From: Epithemia pelagica
Lineage: Eukaryota; Protista; Bacillariophyta
NCBI GenBank assembly: GCA_946965045.2
Contig: OX337228.1
Span: 2,170,001-2,234,000, forward strand
Length of the DNA stretch: 64,000 bases
Direction of reading: 5' to 3'
Position numbers and translations under genes: made by a program. Below, piece after piece: positions 31,483 through 43,206 of this stretch (position 1 is the first letter of the stretch; every line of letters starts with the position of its first letter). A model generated the notes under the pieces. The model was not told the DNA's origin, did not search any database, and saw only the letters and a list, made by a program, of their open reading frames with translations.

Positions 31483-32022
31483 TCAATAGGCTGTTTGTAG
31501 GGCCATGGATTTACCGTACGCAGCCGACAGACTCATCATCGCATTTTCTCGGGAGAATCTTCTCTTTATCTTTCGTTTCGCCGATTGTACAGCATTCTCA
31601 ACCGATGACGACAACTTGCCTTGTTTATTCGTCGACTGTCGTAGTCTGCGTATTATTTGTACCTCTCTTTCGGCAGCGGCAATCTCTGATTCTGGGATGC
31701 CAAAGACGTTCTTCAGCATATTCTTCCGTGTGATTGAAGATAACCGCAATCTCCAAAACACCTTTCTTTTTGGTCTGGTCTCTTCGTACTCATCGATGGT
31801 TATTAGTTCGTGTTCATTGTACTGCCAGTCCAGCGTAAGCGGTGGCCCCACAATCGTCTCGGGGTTGTCCCCGACGATTCGATTGTACTCACGAATCTGA
31901 ATGTTGCCCCATTGAATTCGCGATGTCTTCTTCGGCAATTCGTCATCTTTATCTTCCAACGTATCCAAGCTAGACGTACTTGATGAAGTAGATAGCAAAG
32001 TTTCTGGTTCTCTTGGACTCAT
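31483..32022 (-). CDS. Hypothetical protein (W-GNIQIREY...GDNP...GPPLTLDW motif family)
   Basis: 236-aa track ORF; likely ATG 32022 (MSPREPETLL). I recognise the motif block RIQWGNIQIREYNRIVGDNP-GPPLTLDWQY from uncharacterised diatom proteins; function unknown. Confidence 0.65.
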   Translation of the reverse strand: MSPREPETLLSTSSSTSSLDTLEDKDDELPKKTSRIQWGNIQIREYNRIVGDNPETIVGPPLTLDWQYNEHELITIDEYEETRPKRKVFWRLRLSSITRKNMLKNVFGIPESEIAAAEREVQIIRRLRQSTNKQGKLSSSVENAVQSAKRKIKRRFSRENAMMSLSAAYGKSMALQTAY

Positions 32023-32375
32023 GATTGCTTGTCCAAATCTTGTGGTTCGATTGTTGTGGCAACCAAACGGATAGAAGACGACACTGGAGTTGGTGGTAGT
32101 TGGAACGTGTTGGAACGAAGTCTTTTGGTTTCCGTCCGACGGGTTTGACTGGATCAACCACGAACTTCCTGACTCATTCGTGCAACGGGTCACGAATACG
32201 AGAGATCTTCTTGCTTCCGATTTCCGAGCATCATGTCTGTCTCATGTCTCATGTCTCATGTCGCCGTGATTTGGATGGGTTATGAGCTTCACGACCAATG
32301 GATGACTGAGGATATAGAAATGACTTGGGGCAACGTTGTGATGTCTTTGATCAACAAGCCCTTTGGGGATTGGGG

Positions 32376-33660
32376 ATGTCTGTCGGAAGCACGAGAGTCA
32401 AGAAGATCAACAACAACCGCCCACTTCGATCAACCATGACCAGGATAACCCGAGTTACAGCAACGAAGAATAAGTTATATCATGTCTTTCTTTTGGCCGT
32501 CACAGCTGTTGGCGTGATAGTACTAGTTGGTTTCAAATCGGAGCAGGACAACAATTTGGGCAACCTTCTGCGGCAACCAGAAAACTTGGTCAACAAGCAA
32601 ACATTAACGTATTGGTCACCATCGCGAAGAAGCAGTACCTCTTTGAATCCACTTCTAGTCCCAGAAGGCAAGGCAAAGAACTTACCCAGTATCCGTGTTG
32701 AAAGCGTGGCTGCTGAAGGCAATGTGGACAAGACACGGCAAATTTATGGCGGTGCGGGGGACAAGTCTCATCTGGGAGGCTTTACAGAACTTGATTTACA
32801 TGGAGTGAGCCCCTCCACATGGACCAACATGATTCAAGACTTTAACGTCAGGTCCGTTTTGGATGTCGGCTGTGGACGAGGTGTTTCGACCTCCTGGTTC
32901 TTGGATCATGGCACCAAGACCCTTTGTGTTGAAGGTTCTCATGATGCGTTCCACCAATCGGTCTTAGATGATCCGTATACGTCAATGGTAGAGCATGACT
33001 TCTCAAGAGGTCCGTGGTGGCCTGAAGATACCTACGATGCTGTATGGTCGGTTGAGTTTCTAGAGGTTCGTACTTATGCCATGAAATCGGCGTATCCGTT
33101 GATGCATCCATCACTAATGATTTCCCCCCTGGTTTTGTTATCTTCAAACTTTTCAGCATGTTGGTGTGAATTTTCACTTTAACTATGTTTCGACCTTTCG
33201 CAAAGCTGCAATGCTTTTTGTGACGTCTAGTCGCTGGGGTGGTTGGCACCATGTTGAAGTCCACAAGGACGACTGGTGGATTCTTAAGTACGAGTCTTAT
33301 GGATTTCAATACAGCGAAGCACTGACCAAAGAGGTGCGAAGCTGGGCTTCCCATGAGGGTCGATCTTCTGAGGTATTGGCTCCCAATGGAAAGCGCTACA
33401 ATGCCCAACATATATGGCTGAGCATGAAAGTTTTCATTAACCCGGTTGTCATGGCCCTTCCACAACATGCCCACTTGTTATATAAATACAGATGCATTAC
33501 AGGGGATGGTGCGCTTGTTGAAGCCTCCAAGCAACTGCCCATCTCCACTTCGTGCAACGACGTTCCTCATGAATTAAAAACACCTCGTCAGCTACCTCCG
33601 GAAATGAATAAAAAATGGGAAGATCGCATCAAACGAAACTTGAAATCGCAGGAATCTTGA
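32376..33660 (+). CDS. Class I SAM-dependent methyltransferase with N-terminal TM anchor, 2 exons
   Basis: SVLDVGCGRG motif I; CVEGS; DAVWSVEFLE|HVG across intron 33066-33156; TM LYHVFLLAVTAVGVIVLVGF. Confidence 0.82.
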
Positions 33661-34250
33661 AATATATCAGGTGACATCGACGACTTGATAGCTGTCAGCC
33701 AGGGCACAACTAGTTCTTTGTTTTATCGTTCGAGGGTCGGCTTTAATCGCCGTTTTTAACTGATTTTGAACTACCCACTTGTAGAAGTAGGTGAGCAGGA
33801 TGAATTACTAGCCGAAGAAGCTAGCACCTGATTCACGATGCTCATGTTATCTTTCTGGGTGATGTTGATCGCCCGCTCCCGAGAGCGCAGTAGAGAGATT
33901 GTTGTTTGGCTGGCGTGTAGGAGTGAAACTCGTCCAATCGCCGGCATAGAAATGAAGGCCAACATAGTACAGTCACAAGACTTCCTATAACATTTCGTCG
34001 AATTCATAGAAGCTGGAACTGCACGAGTTTTACGATACCACTTCCCTGGGTAGGTGGAAAGAAACCTTTGACTGCGCATTCCCGCGACACCGCCATCGAA
34101 CAAAGCTGACGCTGAAAACAATAAACGACTTTGTCCTTTCTACGCAAGGAATAAAAAACCATAGCGGTGCTGACTGAGCAACAGAGGATCTATATCGTAC
34201 AGAACTACATCTTGCATGTAGCAGGCGGAGACCTAACAATGTGGGTCCAA

Positions 34251-35881
34251 TCATACCGCGAGAGCCTGTTCAGAAGTTTTCTTTTCAAAGGGATGATGGC
34301 CATAGGAAGTGTTTCCCCTTTGACTATCTCTTCCAATTGTACCACCTGCAATAGAAGTCTTCGGACGCATATTACCGGGTCTTCGTCCGCTGGTTCCCGC
34401 TTCTCTTGGTGACCGGCTCAGTTCAGGCAGATCCTTCTTGTTGGCTGCCGAGTCACGATCAAGAACAAACGTTGATCGTCTCGTCGCATGCTCAAGTCCG
34501 GAATCATCGCCATCACGTAATGCACAGATTTCTCGCTTCAGAATTTTGTAAATAGAATCCATGGATGGCCTCACCGATGGATCGGGTTCCCAAGCGCGTT
34601 TCATCAAAATACGAAGAGGTGTGGACCAACTCGAATTAAGTGGGGGTCGTTCATTACCGTGGACGACCAATTCAGAATGATCTTGTCGATTCATGCCATC
34701 ATACGGCAAATCTAACGAACAAACTTGCCATAACAACAACCCAAAAGAGTAAACATCAGCTGTCAAATTGTATGGTTCACTCCTAGCAACTTCGGGTGCC
34801 ATATATCGGAGAGAGCCAGTGTTTCCAGACAGCTCGTAGAATTCTGTACAGCCGTAACGCAAGGAGGGGTCCAGTTCCTTGGCCAAACCAAAATCAAATA
34901 TCTTGACATCTCCTGTACAGGTTAACAAAATGAAAAGGGAATTGAGCAAGAGAGCAATTCACTCGAGAGCGACACCATACATCCGTCACCGCAGTGGTCA
35001 AATTCCGTACCTCGTATATCAAACCCGATATTGTCCGGCTTGAGATCACGGTAGATAATGTGGTGATTGTGAAGATAGGACAAAGCGGCCGCAACATCAA
35101 ATGCGACGTGAAGACGTTCGGCCAAAAATCCTTTCTGTTTCTTAGATGTCTCCGACGACAGTGCCTTTTCGAAATTTCGCCAGTGATCAATTTTGTGCTC
35201 TAGTGTGCATTGCAACCGATCCAATAGCAGAAAATAACCCCGTTCGTGTAATGTTGCAAAGCCCGAAGTCCCGGCTGCTGCCATTCCTCGAAGCTTGATA
35301 ATATTAGGATGCGAGAGCGACGCCAAGAACTTAGCTTCCTGTTCGTATTGCACAATATCAAACAATTCACGCAAAATTTTAATTGAAAAGGGTAAGAAAT
35401 AGGTGACATTTACTACAGCAAATGCCAACGAAGGTCATTTCGGGGGCCAGCTCTCAAATCCACTCACCACAACAAGATCAGCCGCTCCAGTGCAAAATCT
35501 GGATGGATCTTCAATAGTTTCAACTGATAAGAATTTAACAGCATATCGACAGTTCTGTGAAGATTCGCGAAACACGTGCTTTGACACAAAGGCACGGTGC
35601 TCTGATTGTAGTGGGGATGATATTTTCTTGGCATTTTCTGCCATGCTCAGGTCCTGAACGAGATCAATACGCTGGACTTCGTACACATCATTGAAGCCTC
35701 CCGAACCAAGCATTTCCCCAAGAATGACCTCGTCCCGTTCAAACCGAGGAATACATTTTTCCATGGCCGGATTGACAATCTTTGAATGCTTGGACATGTG
35801 CTTCGCCGCTCGGCTTGCCGTCTTCCATGCCCTCTTTCCGATATCCTCCATGGTCATCGTTCGACCGCCAGAGTGCGACAT
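34251..35881 (-). CDS. Protein kinase (TKL-like), 3 exons
   Basis: LGSGGFNDVY, YAVKFL, HPNIIKLRG, IIYRDLKPDNIGF, VKIFDFGLAKE, GSLRYMAPEV, ADVYSFG; introns 35339-35467 and about 34917-35010. Confidence 0.92.
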
Positions 35882-36399
35882 TGCTATATAGGTTCGCCGC
35901 TTTTAACAGCCGTCAAATCGGAGAACAACAAACGGAGGCGAGATGATAACACGCTTGTAAGACCCTCTCCTGCCTGTGTGTTGGTGGCTTGAAAGTCCAA
36001 AACCTCCAAAAGAGGAGTCCTCTGCAACCGGTAGGGAGTGATGGGGACTCTCCCCACCACGATCGAAAAAACCCTCAAAGCATCATTCTTCAATGATTAT
36101 TCAGTATGTCTATGTAAATGAGATCCTGAGCGCCTGGTTGTCTCGATGGTCCGAACCAGAATGACCGCTAGATGACCACCTTCGTCAAAATATTTAGCAT
36201 GACTGCAATATCAATTAGAAATAATTGCGGGAGTTTAATTGTAGTATTGCCATGGAATTGGTTGTTGGGCCTTCGTGTCTGTCGTGCGTACGTCGGAGCA
36301 GGGCAGTGGAGCGCGCGCATGTCGGGCAATGACGCGCCAGGTGGACTATCTCGTGAACACAAGATACTGGCCCAGTGACCAATCCATGCGCAAGAATCT

Positions 36400-36565
36400 A
36401 GAGCTCACAATCTTGGGATCGTGTGCTCTGACACTGCCATCCTGAGACGAGGTCTACAGATAGATAGATCTCTAAGACATCAAAAATTCCCCTTTCCCGC
36501 CCGTGGGAGCCATTCCGGTTTCCTCTTGGCCTTACGGCAAGTGCGACTACTCTCTCTAGCACTCC
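36400..36565 (+). mobile_element. Solo A-spacer-B terminal relic of a related Ngaro-type element
   Basis: AGAGCTCACAATCTT (36400) matches repeat A. AAAAATTCCCTTTCCCGCCCGTGGGAGCCATTCCGGTTTCCTCTTGGCCTTACGGCAAGTGCGACTACTCTCTCTAGC matches the 29008-29090 spacer and B start. No gag/RT/YR nearby; true limits uncertain. Confidence 0.7.
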
Positions 36566-37025
36566 TCTAGCTATGTGTGAAGACCTCGCGACGGATAGAC
36601 TGCTCCGACTGGCAGGATGTGTTCGCTGGTCTCTCTCCCCGCGCTTGTCTTTCCCCCAAGAAAGTTTAACGCTCATATAACGTCAAGACGTATTGTGAAA
36701 TTGCCTCAGATTTTCTGTACTCTTTTTTGAAATACTCGTACAATACAATGACTGGTACAAGAAATAATAGGAGTAGTTCAGGGAGCGTCCGCATTCCGCA
36801 TAGCCGTAGACGTAAGGTGTAAGGTCCCTTCTAGTTGATGCTCATTTTACTTCCTCTCCAACCTAGCAGGAGTACATAAGAGCCATAAAAACATGACGTT
36901 CAAATTGCGAGGACGAGGGTTTCGTAGGTTGGATTGGAATTGATTGCGTCTTTAGTTCGAAACGCCAGTCTACTTAGCCCAGGAACCCTATTCATCAATA
37001 GTAATCAATTAACATGATCTCGGAA

Positions 37026-39560
37026 TTATTGGATTACTCCATTGCAAAGCGATTGTACAACGATAGGGCCTCCACTGCTGACTAGGCCGTAGCTCCGTTC
37101 TTCGTCGAAGTACTCGACCACGCTCTCCGCGTTCGTCCTTATGCATGACTTTGCTCTCTCCCATGCTTTCAACGCTCCCTTGCTCTTCAGCATTGTATCG
37201 GGTGACGCAGGTGCTTTCCCTTCAAAGCCCAAAAGTTCACCATTCGGCACAGAACCCGGGACTTGTAATAGCTCCACTTTCTCACTCCCATCTTTCTCTT
37301 TAACCGCAGCGAGCAACATTGCCGTACTTTCAATTCCACGCATTTTGGCCGGCTTTAGATTTGTTACCGCAACAACCTTTTCGCCAACCAGATTATCCAC
37401 AGGAATCTTTCCCGCCAAACCGGCAACCACGGTCCGTGGGGCGACTTCTCCTTCTTCTGTTTTATCTCCACAATCTACCTGACAAACGAGTAGGCTGTCC
37501 GCTTCAGGGTGAGGGGATACAGACAAAATCGTAGAAGCTCGAAGGGACACACGAAGAACATCTTCCACATCTTTCGAATCAGACCGGGGTTGGTCTTGAC
37601 GTTGCCCTCCTCTCGTTCGCGCTTCTGTCTTTTTCACCGCTCCCCATGTGTCGCGAAGGGTGGACACACGATTAAATACAAGTCTGTCTACAGTAGAATC
37701 CTTGTCCAATGCATAGTATCCAGTTCGTTCAAACTGGTACGCAAGCGAGCTCAGATAGGATTTTTCACGCTTTGCAGAAGCCATTGTCGTCGCAGCATCC
37801 AGAGCCACACTGGGTTCCACAACAGCACCATCGAGAATGTCAAGAGACTTCGGATTAAGGTCGGTAAGGAAATCACCACTTTCTTTGCCTGGCTCTTCAG
37901 TCGAGAAAAGTCGATCATACTGATTAACGTTGACCTTCACAGCTGTAGACGCTTCGACCCAATGGATGATCCCGTTAACTCTTTTCATGCCCTCAGGAGT
38001 ATTTCCGGATCTGGTGTCCGGAATATATGTGCATTTAAGTTCGACGGGCTCGTTCGTGTCAGGGTCTCGAACAACATCGTTGCACTCTATGACATAAGCG
38101 TAGCGCAATCGAACTTTGTCATTCAACAGCAGCCGTTTAAAGCCCTTCGGCGCCTTGCCGTCCGTGAGATGCCCCTCAGGTCCCTCGGCATCAAAAAAGT
38201 CGCTTCGTTCGATGTGCACACTTCCTCCGAAGGGAATCGTTCTGTTACCCATTTCAGGAATCTTTGGATGGCGATCAACTTCAAAATCATCCATTGCGTC
38301 TTTCCAATTTGTAATTGTTACAAGAAGCGGTTGAAGAACCGCGAAGGCCCGAGGACAAGTCACATCCATTGTCTCTCGGATGCAATCCTCCAGATTTGTA
38401 AGGTCAATGTTGGAGTCGGTCTTGCTTATTCCCACCCTCTCGCAGAAAAGACGCAGGGCTGCTGGTGGAACCCCGCGTCGCCTCATTCCTGACATTGTCG
38501 GCATTCTGGGATCGTCCCAACCTGATACAATCTTAGACTGGACAAGCTGAATCAGTTTGCGCTTGGACAAAACCATAGATTGTACGTTGAGGCGGCTGAA
38601 CTCAATCTGTCGAGGCTGAGCTTCAATCAAACCTGATGCAAGAAGCTTTTCAACTGTCCAGTCATAAAATGGTCGATGATCCTCAAACTCCAATGTGCAG
38701 AGAGAGTGGGAGATGCCTTCCAATGCATCCGAGATCGGGTGTGAAAAGTCGTACATGGGATAGATACACCACTTGTCGCCGGTTTCCTGGTGCGATTCGT
38801 GCTTTATCCGATAGAGCGTCGGGTCGCGCATGTTGACATTGGGTGAAGACATGTCAATTTTGGCTCTGAGAACATGCTTTCCTTCATCAAAATCCCCGTT
38901 CTTCATTCCCTCAAATAGTTCTAGATTTTCCTCAATAGACCTCGTTCGGAAGGGGCTATCTTTCCCAGGTTCCTTCAGCGTGCCCCTGTACTCTCTCATC
39001 TCCTCTGCTGACAAGGAGTCGACGTACGCATCCCCCGATTTTATCAGAGCTACAGCACAATCATAAATTTGGTCAAAGTAGCTGGATGTTTTCCTTATAG
39101 AGCCATCCCAAGGATCACCAAGACTTTCATCGTACAAGCCACTTTGAATCCATCGAACATCCTCCAATATGGAGTCGACGTATTCCTGATCTTCTTTGGT
39201 GGGATTCGTGTCGTCGAGACGCATGTGGCAAACACCACCAAACATTCGAGCCACTGCGAAATTGAAGGATGCAGCCTTTGCGTGCCCTAAATGAAGATAT
39301 CCATTAGGCTCAGGAGGAAACCTTGTCTTGACCATTTCAATAGTCTTTCTTCCCTTCAATGATGCGTTATCATCGTCCGTCCCTGAGTCTTTAACTGCCC
39401 CATCGGAACCGTCCGCTACCGACAAGAGACCGACTGGCTCCGTGCCAGTTTCCTCCTGGATTATCTTTGTGATAAAGTTAGGAGCATAGGCCAGGCTCGT
39501 AGCTGATGAAAAGACGCTGATGAATAACAAGAAAGCATGCTTGATATTGGTCGTCCTCAT
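37026..39560 (-). CDS. glnS: Glutaminyl-tRNA synthetase (bacterial-type core) with signal peptide and C-terminal tRNA-binding OB domain
   Basis: TRFPPEPNGYLHLGHAK, RLDDTNP, YPMYDFSH, SLCTLEFEDHR, VLSKRKL, QFERTGYY. C-terminal HPEADSLL...RTVVAGL...NLKPAKMRGIESTAMLLAA (Trbp111/EMAPII-like). Confidence 0.93.
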   Translation of the reverse strand: MRTTNIKHAFLLFISVFSSATSLAYAPNFITKIIQEETGTEPVGLLSVADGSDGAVKDSGTDDDNASLKGRKTIEMVKTRFPPEPNGYLHLGHAKAASFNFAVARMFGGVCHMRLDDTNPTKEDQEYVDSILEDVRWIQSGLYDESLGDPWDGSIRKTSSYFDQIYDCAVALIKSGDAYVDSLSAEEMREYRGTLKEPGKDSPFRTRSIEENLELFEGMKNGDFDEGKHVLRAKIDMSSPNVNMRDPTLYRIKHESHQETGDKWCIYPMYDFSHPISDALEGISHSLCTLEFEDHRPFYDWTVEKLLASGLIEAQPRQIEFSRLNVQSMVLSKRKLIQLVQSKIVSGWDDPRMPTMSGMRRRGVPPAALRLFCERVGISKTDSNIDLTNLEDCIRETMDVTCPRAFAVLQPLLVTITNWKDAMDDFEVDRHPKIPEMGNRTIPFGGSVHIERSDFFDAEGPEGHLTDGKAPKGFKRLLLNDKVRLRYAYVIECNDVVRDPDTNEPVELKCTYIPDTRSGNTPEGMKRVNGIIHWVEASTAVKVNVNQYDRLFSTEEPGKESGDFLTDLNPKSLDILDGAVVEPSVALDAATTMASAKREKSYLSSLAYQFERTGYYALDKDSTVDRLVFNRVSTLRDTWGAVKKTEARTRGGQRQDQPRSDSKDVEDVLRVSLRASTILSVSPHPEADSLLVCQVDCGDKTEEGEVAPRTVVAGLAGKIPVDNLVGEKVVAVTNLKPAKMRGIESTAMLLAAVKEKDGSEKVELLQVPGSVPNGELLGFEGKAPASPDTMLKSKGALKAWERAKSCIRTNAESVVEYFDEERSYGLVSSGGPIVVQSLCNGVIQ

Positions 39561-39845
39561 TTCTTTTCAGTCGATGATCTCCATGCAAGCAACAAGAAGA
39601 TCTTCTTCGCCATGAATTTCGACAGGTAATCAAAATCTGACGTACCGTACTTTAGGTCTACACGTGTAAGCAAAAGATGACTCTAGGTCGCATGTAGGTC
39701 ACATCTGGGTGTTACCACCGCTATCGCTATGTAGCTAAGGTAGGAGTAGGGATGAAAGAGTTTAGTTCTGAGATGCTTTTGGCAATAGGAGGATATTTGA
39801 GCACATCAATGTATGACTACAGAATGGCACAAGGCATTTTTTAAC

Positions 39846-42569
39846 TTAGCTCGACAGAACTGACTTGCTCTCACAGGCAATGGATTTCACAATATCCAAG
39901 AAATTTTTTATGCGCACTCCTCCTGCTGAAGGACGAAACGAGTAAAGTTCTTTTCCGTCTTGTTCCAGACTGATTATCGTGGGCAACGCTTTTAAGAATA
40001 CGGGGGCATTTTCTACCAGTTCAAAGTCCACATCTTTTAAGGAAAAGACTTTGACTTTCTGGCCCATCCCAAGTAGAGGCAGAAATTGCGTTATGAACAC
40101 AATATGTCCCCGCGTGATAATACAGGTCCCGGTGGTAGACCCGGCCACGACCCCGCATTTTAGCAAGGGCACTTCACGAATATTGCTTTTGGTGTTCAAG
40201 TCGTCTGCCGCTCGTTGTGCACAGTCCGAAGTGCACTGGTCAAGCAAATCAACGGAAACCGTTTGATGTTTCCTCATAACCGATAATCGTTCCATAACCT
40301 GTCTATTTTTGCGTTGCAACCGGGCTCCTTTCTCTTCGTCATCCTGTTTCTGAAAGGCTGCGACAACGGACGCCACAGCACGCGCAGCAAGATTGGTCGA
40401 CTCTTGCACCGAGGCTTCAATCTCGGCTTGCGGTAGTTCTCGATCCAAGGAAAAAGTCTTATTCTTCCCAGCGTCGTCGACCCAAACCTGTACCTGATTC
40501 AGTGCTTCCATCACCGCAAGGCCCCACGGTGGGCAGATTCCTTGGGGTGAAGCATGTTCCAAGGGATACGATGTGAGCGGTATCGCAACAGGAAGTGGTG
40601 GTGGATCAACATCATATTCAATAAAGGCCTTGCGCAACAGTGCAATGACATTGGCGCACGCATATTCAGCATCACGGGCGTATTCTTCCAGTTGCGTCGC
40701 ACTTTTTAAAAGCTGGACAATCATTGTTTCTCTCGAATACTTTCGGATCTGAGAACAATAATGATTGTCAAGTGTCGGCAGACAGGGAAAGCCTCCAAAT
40801 CGGGTGGTGGCCAACGAACTATACGTCAGAGATCGACTATCCAGTTCTTGCCACATTTCGTCCACCCACACCCACGAGGCTTGCAAAAGTTTCCAGTCAT
40901 TGTTGTTGAGAGCTGGCAATGTGATATTCCCGGCACTTGTCGATGGACAAGCCTTGTACGTTTTCCGCAAGTGTTTGCCAAAGGCTTGGGTAATGGCATC
41001 TTGGTCGGACATGCTAGGACTTTGTGCGGGACGGAACTTGATTTGTTGCCTTGACGTACCCGTCACATTTGTCGCTTCAATTTCCATTCGTTGCACCAAC
41101 GCACATGCTTCTCTCAAATGCAAGCAAGCATCGGGTATTGGAGCAACATCATTGCCCTCGTTGCGACTTGTGGTCGACAAAGCTTCGACGGCAGACACCT
41201 CCATTGTGTCGGATGGAAGCAGGCACCGAAAGATGCGCACAATCAAGACTCGAGGACAATGGTTGGATTTGTGCGTACAGAGTTGCAAATCGACCATAAA
41301 CTGCTGTTCGTCGGTTGTCGTGGTGAGGACCAGTTGCAAATGACCTCCTTGTCGACGTAGAATGGAATGGTCCTTAAAGTGTTGTGGTTCTGTATCAATC
41401 AACGTGGTTGTAGCAGTAACTACAGCGTCCATAACTGCACCGCACAAAACATCCGGTCGAATTCGAATAACCGAGGTCCGTACGGGGAGGGGAGCAGGTG
41501 TGTATGGATGGTGTGGTTGTTGCCTTCGCATGTCCGACGAGGGTGATGACGACGTTTCAACAAAGCCAATGTACCAGTTTTTCAGACGATTCTCCGGACA
41601 AGAGATGCAATACTCAGACATGGTGGGAAGTTGGGCGGATAGTTTGGACAACGAGGGCGGGAGAAGGAATCTGTTCAGGTTGACCATGTACCATCCATTT
41701 TCAATGGTGACTTCCAAATAATGTTGATGACTTTGTAGATCGTACGCAACTGGCGTTCGTCCCATTGCGACAATGGGAGCTGTTGATGGAACACCAATCG
41801 AAGTGGCTGGATTGCTACGAGTCGGACTTGCAGTCTGTTGATCCATCGATCGTTGCATTTGTTGTTGTTGTTGCATTTGCTGTTGTTGTTCCTTGAGTTT
41901 TCGGTTGGATGCCGAGGGCGTCTGATTGACCACATGGTTCTCTTCGTCAATAGGTGGTAACTCCAGATTCTGTTCCGGAGTGTCCAAATCGGAAGATCCG
42001 ATATCCGCCTCGCTGACCGATGGGGAATGATTGGAGGTTGGGGCCATCAATGGAGAAAACGTAGAAGGAGGTGATTGGGCTACCGGTGACTCGCCCCCAC
42101 CAACAATGTCGTCATCTTGGTATTCATCATAAGAAGTTTCACCAATGGTGCTCATGACTAGTTTGGAAAAGAGGTTGGCCTGTTCCATTTCTTGGCGCAA
42201 CAGTTCTTCGGATCGTTCCAAATCGGAGATTTCATGTTTCAGATCATCGTCTTCATGAGATGTTCCGTAGCTCCGTTGTATATCGCTGTCACCGTCGTTG
42301 TCCGTCCCACTGTCTCCGCTACTGCTGGCCTGTCGTTGAAACTCGGCGGGAACCTGAAAGAGATCCAAGGCATCTTCAAAGGCCGGGGCGAGACGTGCCG
42401 CCAAGCGCATGACTTCATCATCATCATTTTCGGTATCATCGTCTTGCGAGAATCGGTGACGTTGTCGATCTTTCCCAAACAATCGATCGTCCATAAAGTC
42501 GATTTCATGGTCGTCGTTGTGGTTGCCATTGGCTTGGTCGCGGCTGTGGTGGTTGTTCGTATCCGACAT
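39846..42569 (-). CDS. Hypothetical 907-aa protein; acidic disordered N-terminus, coiled coil, possible C-terminal PH/GRAM-like domain
   Basis: Long uninterrupted ORF; the C-terminal beta-rich CGVVAGSTTGTCIITRGHIVFITQ resembles GRAM/PH strands (weak). Confidence 0.65.
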   Translation of the reverse strand: MSDTNNHHSRDQANGNHNDDHEIDFMDDRLFGKDRQRHRFSQDDDTENDDDEVMRLAARLAPAFEDALDLFQVPAEFQRQASSSGDSGTDNDGDSDIQRSYGTSHEDDDLKHEISDLERSEELLRQEMEQANLFSKLVMSTIGETSYDEYQDDDIVGGGESPVAQSPPSTFSPLMAPTSNHSPSVSEADIGSSDLDTPEQNLELPPIDEENHVVNQTPSASNRKLKEQQQQMQQQQQMQRSMDQQTASPTRSNPATSIGVPSTAPIVAMGRTPVAYDLQSHQHYLEVTIENGWYMVNLNRFLLPPSLSKLSAQLPTMSEYCISCPENRLKNWYIGFVETSSSPSSDMRRQQPHHPYTPAPLPVRTSVIRIRPDVLCGAVMDAVVTATTTLIDTEPQHFKDHSILRRQGGHLQLVLTTTTDEQQFMVDLQLCTHKSNHCPRVLIVRIFRCLLPSDTMEVSAVEALSTTSRNEGNDVAPIPDACLHLREACALVQRMEIEATNVTGTSRQQIKFRPAQSPSMSDQDAITQAFGKHLRKTYKACPSTSAGNITLPALNNNDWKLLQASWVWVDEMWQELDSRSLTYSSLATTRFGGFPCLPTLDNHYCSQIRKYSRETMIVQLLKSATQLEEYARDAEYACANVIALLRKAFIEYDVDPPPLPVAIPLTSYPLEHASPQGICPPWGLAVMEALNQVQVWVDDAGKNKTFSLDRELPQAEIEASVQESTNLAARAVASVVAAFQKQDDEEKGARLQRKNRQVMERLSVMRKHQTVSVDLLDQCTSDCAQRAADDLNTKSNIREVPLLKCGVVAGSTTGTCIITRGHIVFITQFLPLLGMGQKVKVFSLKDVDFELVENAPVFLKALPTIISLEQDGKELYSFRPSAGGVRIKNFLDIVKSIACESKSVLSS

Positions 42570-43206
42570 TTGGTGATTTAGATCAAATCGTTATTACACG
42601 AGTAGAGGCACAAAAGACAAACGGTCTTGGTCACTTTCTATGGCGTTGCCTCGTTTCGAGTGTGTGTGCGTGTGAGTTGCAAGCGTTGTTGTTGTTGTTC
42701 TATCTGTCTATGCGTGGAACAATTCCCGAGAGAACAGTCGCTCCATGGTGGTGGTTTATTCTGATTCTTGCATTCAACGCATGACCAAGAAGTTTTGATG
42801 GAACGACGAACGACATCAAAGATACGCGTCCAAAGTGCGATCCAATTTCATGCCCGGCGCGCCGAGGCGCGGCTGGGGGATTGGGCGAGGCGGGTGGCAT
42901 TGCGGGGGACACTCAATGTCTTGTCTTGGGGGCCTTAAAAAAAAACTTTGGAGCAAGCTCGAGGTCGCCTCTCTCACCACTGTGTTCACGCAACCAGAGA
43001 CCGCCTCCTTTCGTCCCATCGATCTGGACAGATCGTATTCTGAGGCCCTGTGGTTGGTCGTGATTCCCCAAAAAAGAGGTGACAAATATAACCCGTCGTC
43101 ATTATGAAGTGGCACATACCACACACACCAATCTGGAACGGTTCACACCATTCCTATTCTTTCGTCTTGTGTGTAATACATCACACCACCAAACGTGATC
43201 CAAACC

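Noticed and set aside
42816-43124. GC-rich patch with a possible G-quadruplex (about 42873-42908) and a 102-aa ORF between divergent genes
   Set aside because: One loop is 9 nt, and the ORF has no recognisable motif; insufficient support.
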